Part shown: in pieces, positions 62,442 through 64,000 of the stretch
How the letters are laid out: each line of letters opens with the position of its first letter
Position numbering within the stretch: position 1 is the stretch's first letter
DNA from: Candidatus Omnitrophota bacterium
Lineage (GTDB): Bacteria; Omnitrophota; Gorgyraeia; Zapsychrales; Fredricksoniimonadaceae
DNA length: 64,000 bases
Assembly: GCA_016201795.1 (NCBI GenBank)
Contig: JACQCF010000005.1
Coordinates: forward strand, 20,896-84,895
Reading direction: 5' to 3'
The notes under the pieces: generated by a model
The model's database searches: none
Told to the model about the DNA's origin: nothing
Seen by the model: the letters and a program-made list of their open reading frames with translations, nothing else
Made by a program: the position numbers and the translations under genes

Positions 62442-62752
62442 TAGACTGAAATTTTGTCAATACGCACCGAGGTCAACTCCTGACGGTGACCGACGGTACG
62501 TGCGGAATCTTTGCGTTTGCGATAGTGAAAGGCGATTGTCTTGGGGCCACGGTAATGCTGTAAAACCTCGGCTTCAACTTCCACATCCTTCACGTAAGGC
62601 TGGCCGATTTTAACCGACTTGCCGTCAGAAACAAGCAGCACTTTATCCAAAACGATTTTCTGACCAGCATCGAAATCCAAATGATCGGCGCTGACAGTGT
62701 CGCCTTCGCTGACTTTAAATTGATGATTGCCCAGTTGAACCACGGCGAACAT
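62441..62752 (-). CDS. rplU: 50S ribosomal protein L21
   Basis: MFAVVQLGNHQFKVSEGD... Directly abuts obg. Confidence 0.9.
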   Translation of the reverse strand: MFAVVQLGNHQFKVSEGDTVSADHLDFDAGQKIVLDKVLLVSDGKSVKIGQPYVKDVEVEAEVLQHYRGPKTIAFHYRKRKDSARTVGHRQELTSVRIDKISV

Positions 62753-62825
62753 AATTTTATCTCCTTAAATGAGTCTGTGTGTTTCATTTTTAAAGGCCAA
62801 ATTATACATGGCCTGCGCCCAAACG

Positions 62826-64000
62826 TCAATCAATCTTTACCCGGCCACGTCCCTCACAATAAGGGCAGGCATGGAATTTGAGCGACTCAATGGTTTTGCC
62901 GGTGCGCGCGCGGGTCATTTCTACCAGACCCAATTGCGAAATCCGATTCACTTCAGTTTTAGCATGATCTTTGGCTAACTCTTCCCTGAGGATATGAATA
63001 ACCTTACGCTTATGGTCTTCCCGGTTCATGTCGATAAAATCAATAACGATAATCCCGCCTAAGTCCCGCAGGCGAAGCTGACGGGCGATTTCGGGAGCCG
63101 CTTCCATATTCACCGCAAACGCCGCGTCCTCCGGTGTACCCTTGGTTTTAAACCGGCCGCTATTGACATCCACCACCGTCAATCCTTCCGTGGGCTCAAT
63201 GATAATATAAGCGCCGGATTTTAAATAGACCTTGGGCTCGTAAATCTTTTCCAGCTCATGGGCGATATTTTTAGCTTCAAACAGGGCTTGAGGACTATGG
63301 TGATATTGAATTTTCTCCACTGCTTCTTTACCGATTAAGGTCTCAGCAAATTTGCGCAGTTTGACATACTCTTGTTGCGAATCAATGATTAACCGGTCCA
63401 CTTCGTCTTTGAGCAAATCCCGTACCACTTTCCAGATCAAATCGTATTCTTTATACACCAGAGCCGGCGCCTGTTTTTGTTTGGCTAAATTGCGGATGCG
63501 CTCCCACATGGCGGTTAAAAATTTGGCATCACGGGTGATTTCACGTTCGCCCTGCTCAACGGAAGCCGTGCGCACGATAAACCCGCCGCCTCTGGCAAAG
63601 TTAAAAGTCTTTAAAATATCCCTCAGGCGCTGGCGTTCTTCCACTTTCTCAATTTTCTTGGAAATTCCGTTGTGCTGATCCATCGGCATATAAACGACAA
63701 AACGACCGGCCAAACTGATATGCGTCGTCAGGCGGGGTCCCTTGGTGCCAAAGGGGTCTTTAACCACCTGGACTAAGACTTCCTGGTCTTTCTTAAGAGA
63801 TAGTTCATTTTTGTTTTTCTTAGTCCCTTTATCAGAAAACTCTTGCTCTTTATCTGCAGGCTTGGGCAAGAGCATGTTAATCAATTTCTGTGTAGCCGAT
63901 GGTTCTTGCTCTATTTTTTCAATATCCTGTAAAAATGGATTATCCGCGTCCGTTAAATACAAAAAACCGTTTTTTTCCTGGCCAATATTGACAAAAGCTC
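62826..64000 (-). CDS. rng: ribonuclease E/G family protein, C-terminal part (N-terminal S1 region beyond window end)
   Basis: RNase E/G catalytic core blocks (GGIIVIDFIDM, RISQLGLVEMTR). Frame stays open to position 64000. Confidence 0.75.
   Translation of the reverse strand, partial: AFVNIGQEKNGFLYLTDADNPFLQDIEKIEQEPSATQKLINMLLPKPADKEQEFSDKGTKKNKNELSLKKDQEVLVQVVKDPFGTKGPRLTTHISLAGRFVVYMPMDQHNGISKKIEKVEERQRLRDILKTFNFARGGGFIVRTASVEQGEREITRDAKFLTAMWERIRNLAKQKQAPALVYKEYDLIWKVVRDLLKDEVDRLIIDSQQEYVKLRKFAETLIGKEAVEKIQYHHSPQALFEAKNIAHELEKIYEPKVYLKSGAYIIIEPTEGLTVVDVNSGRFKTKGTPEDAAFAVNMEAAPEIARQLRLRDLGGIIVIDFIDMNREDHKRKVIHILREELAKDHAKTEVNRISQLGLVEMTRARTGKTIESLKFHACPYCEGRGRVKID

Noticed and set aside
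1-64000. CRISPR arrays, transposases, integrases, prophage or toxin-antitoxin pairs
   Set aside because: Searched by eye for regularly spaced direct repeats and for small paired ORFs in the few intergenic gaps (all under 100 nt). None found. The only tandem repeat is the coding 18-bp array at 1782-1872.

Overview
All genes in this 64-kb window are on the minus strand and are densely packed. It is a core housekeeping region of a diderm (Gram-negative-type) bacterium, judged from LPS and heptose genes and SPOR, TonB and NlpD homologs. The phylum is not identifiable from sequence alone.

From high to low coordinates the window holds:
- RNase E/G (partial), then rplU-obg-proB-proA-nadD, a phosphohexomutase, plsC, rpsA and tyrS.
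- A sigma70-like promoter followed by tRNA-Thr, rpmG, tRNA-Trp, secE-nusG-rplKAJL-rpoBC, rpsLG-fusA-tuf and the complete S10/spc/alpha ribosomal block (rpsJ through rplQ).
- An aminotransferase, pilT, an isocitrate dehydrogenase, lipB with a stand-alone lipoyl-domain protein, a GT28 / LpxL-acyltransferase / GT2 / TonB-C cluster, DUF1844 and a Trm112-like protein, pepP-efp-accBC, pfkA, gmhA and rfaE-II, and a ThiD2-like ORF with thiE.
- tRNA-Gly(CCC), an NlpD-like lipoprotein, an archaeal-type AAA+/DUF234 ATPase coupled to a YfcE-like phosphoesterase, a HIT protein, a dGTPase-like HD protein, a GAF/HD-GYP protein, a SPOR protein, a KPAA-repeat basic protein, an SH3b protein, an M50 protease and the start of aroB.

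No CRISPR array, transposase, integrase, prophage or recognisable defence operon is visible.

The most notable features are:
- Apparent single-base frameshifts in pfkA and rpmJ.
- A split ThiD2/thiE whose stop codon overlaps tRNA-Gly.
- An orphan archaeal-type ATPase-phosphoesterase pair inside a run of four phosphohydrolases.
- A repeat-encoded histone-H1-like protein.
- rplU directly abutting obg with no rpmA, and no rpmD between rpsE and rplO.
- A 59-nt overlap of rpoC with rpsL.
- An rplL-rpoB attenuator-like hairpin.
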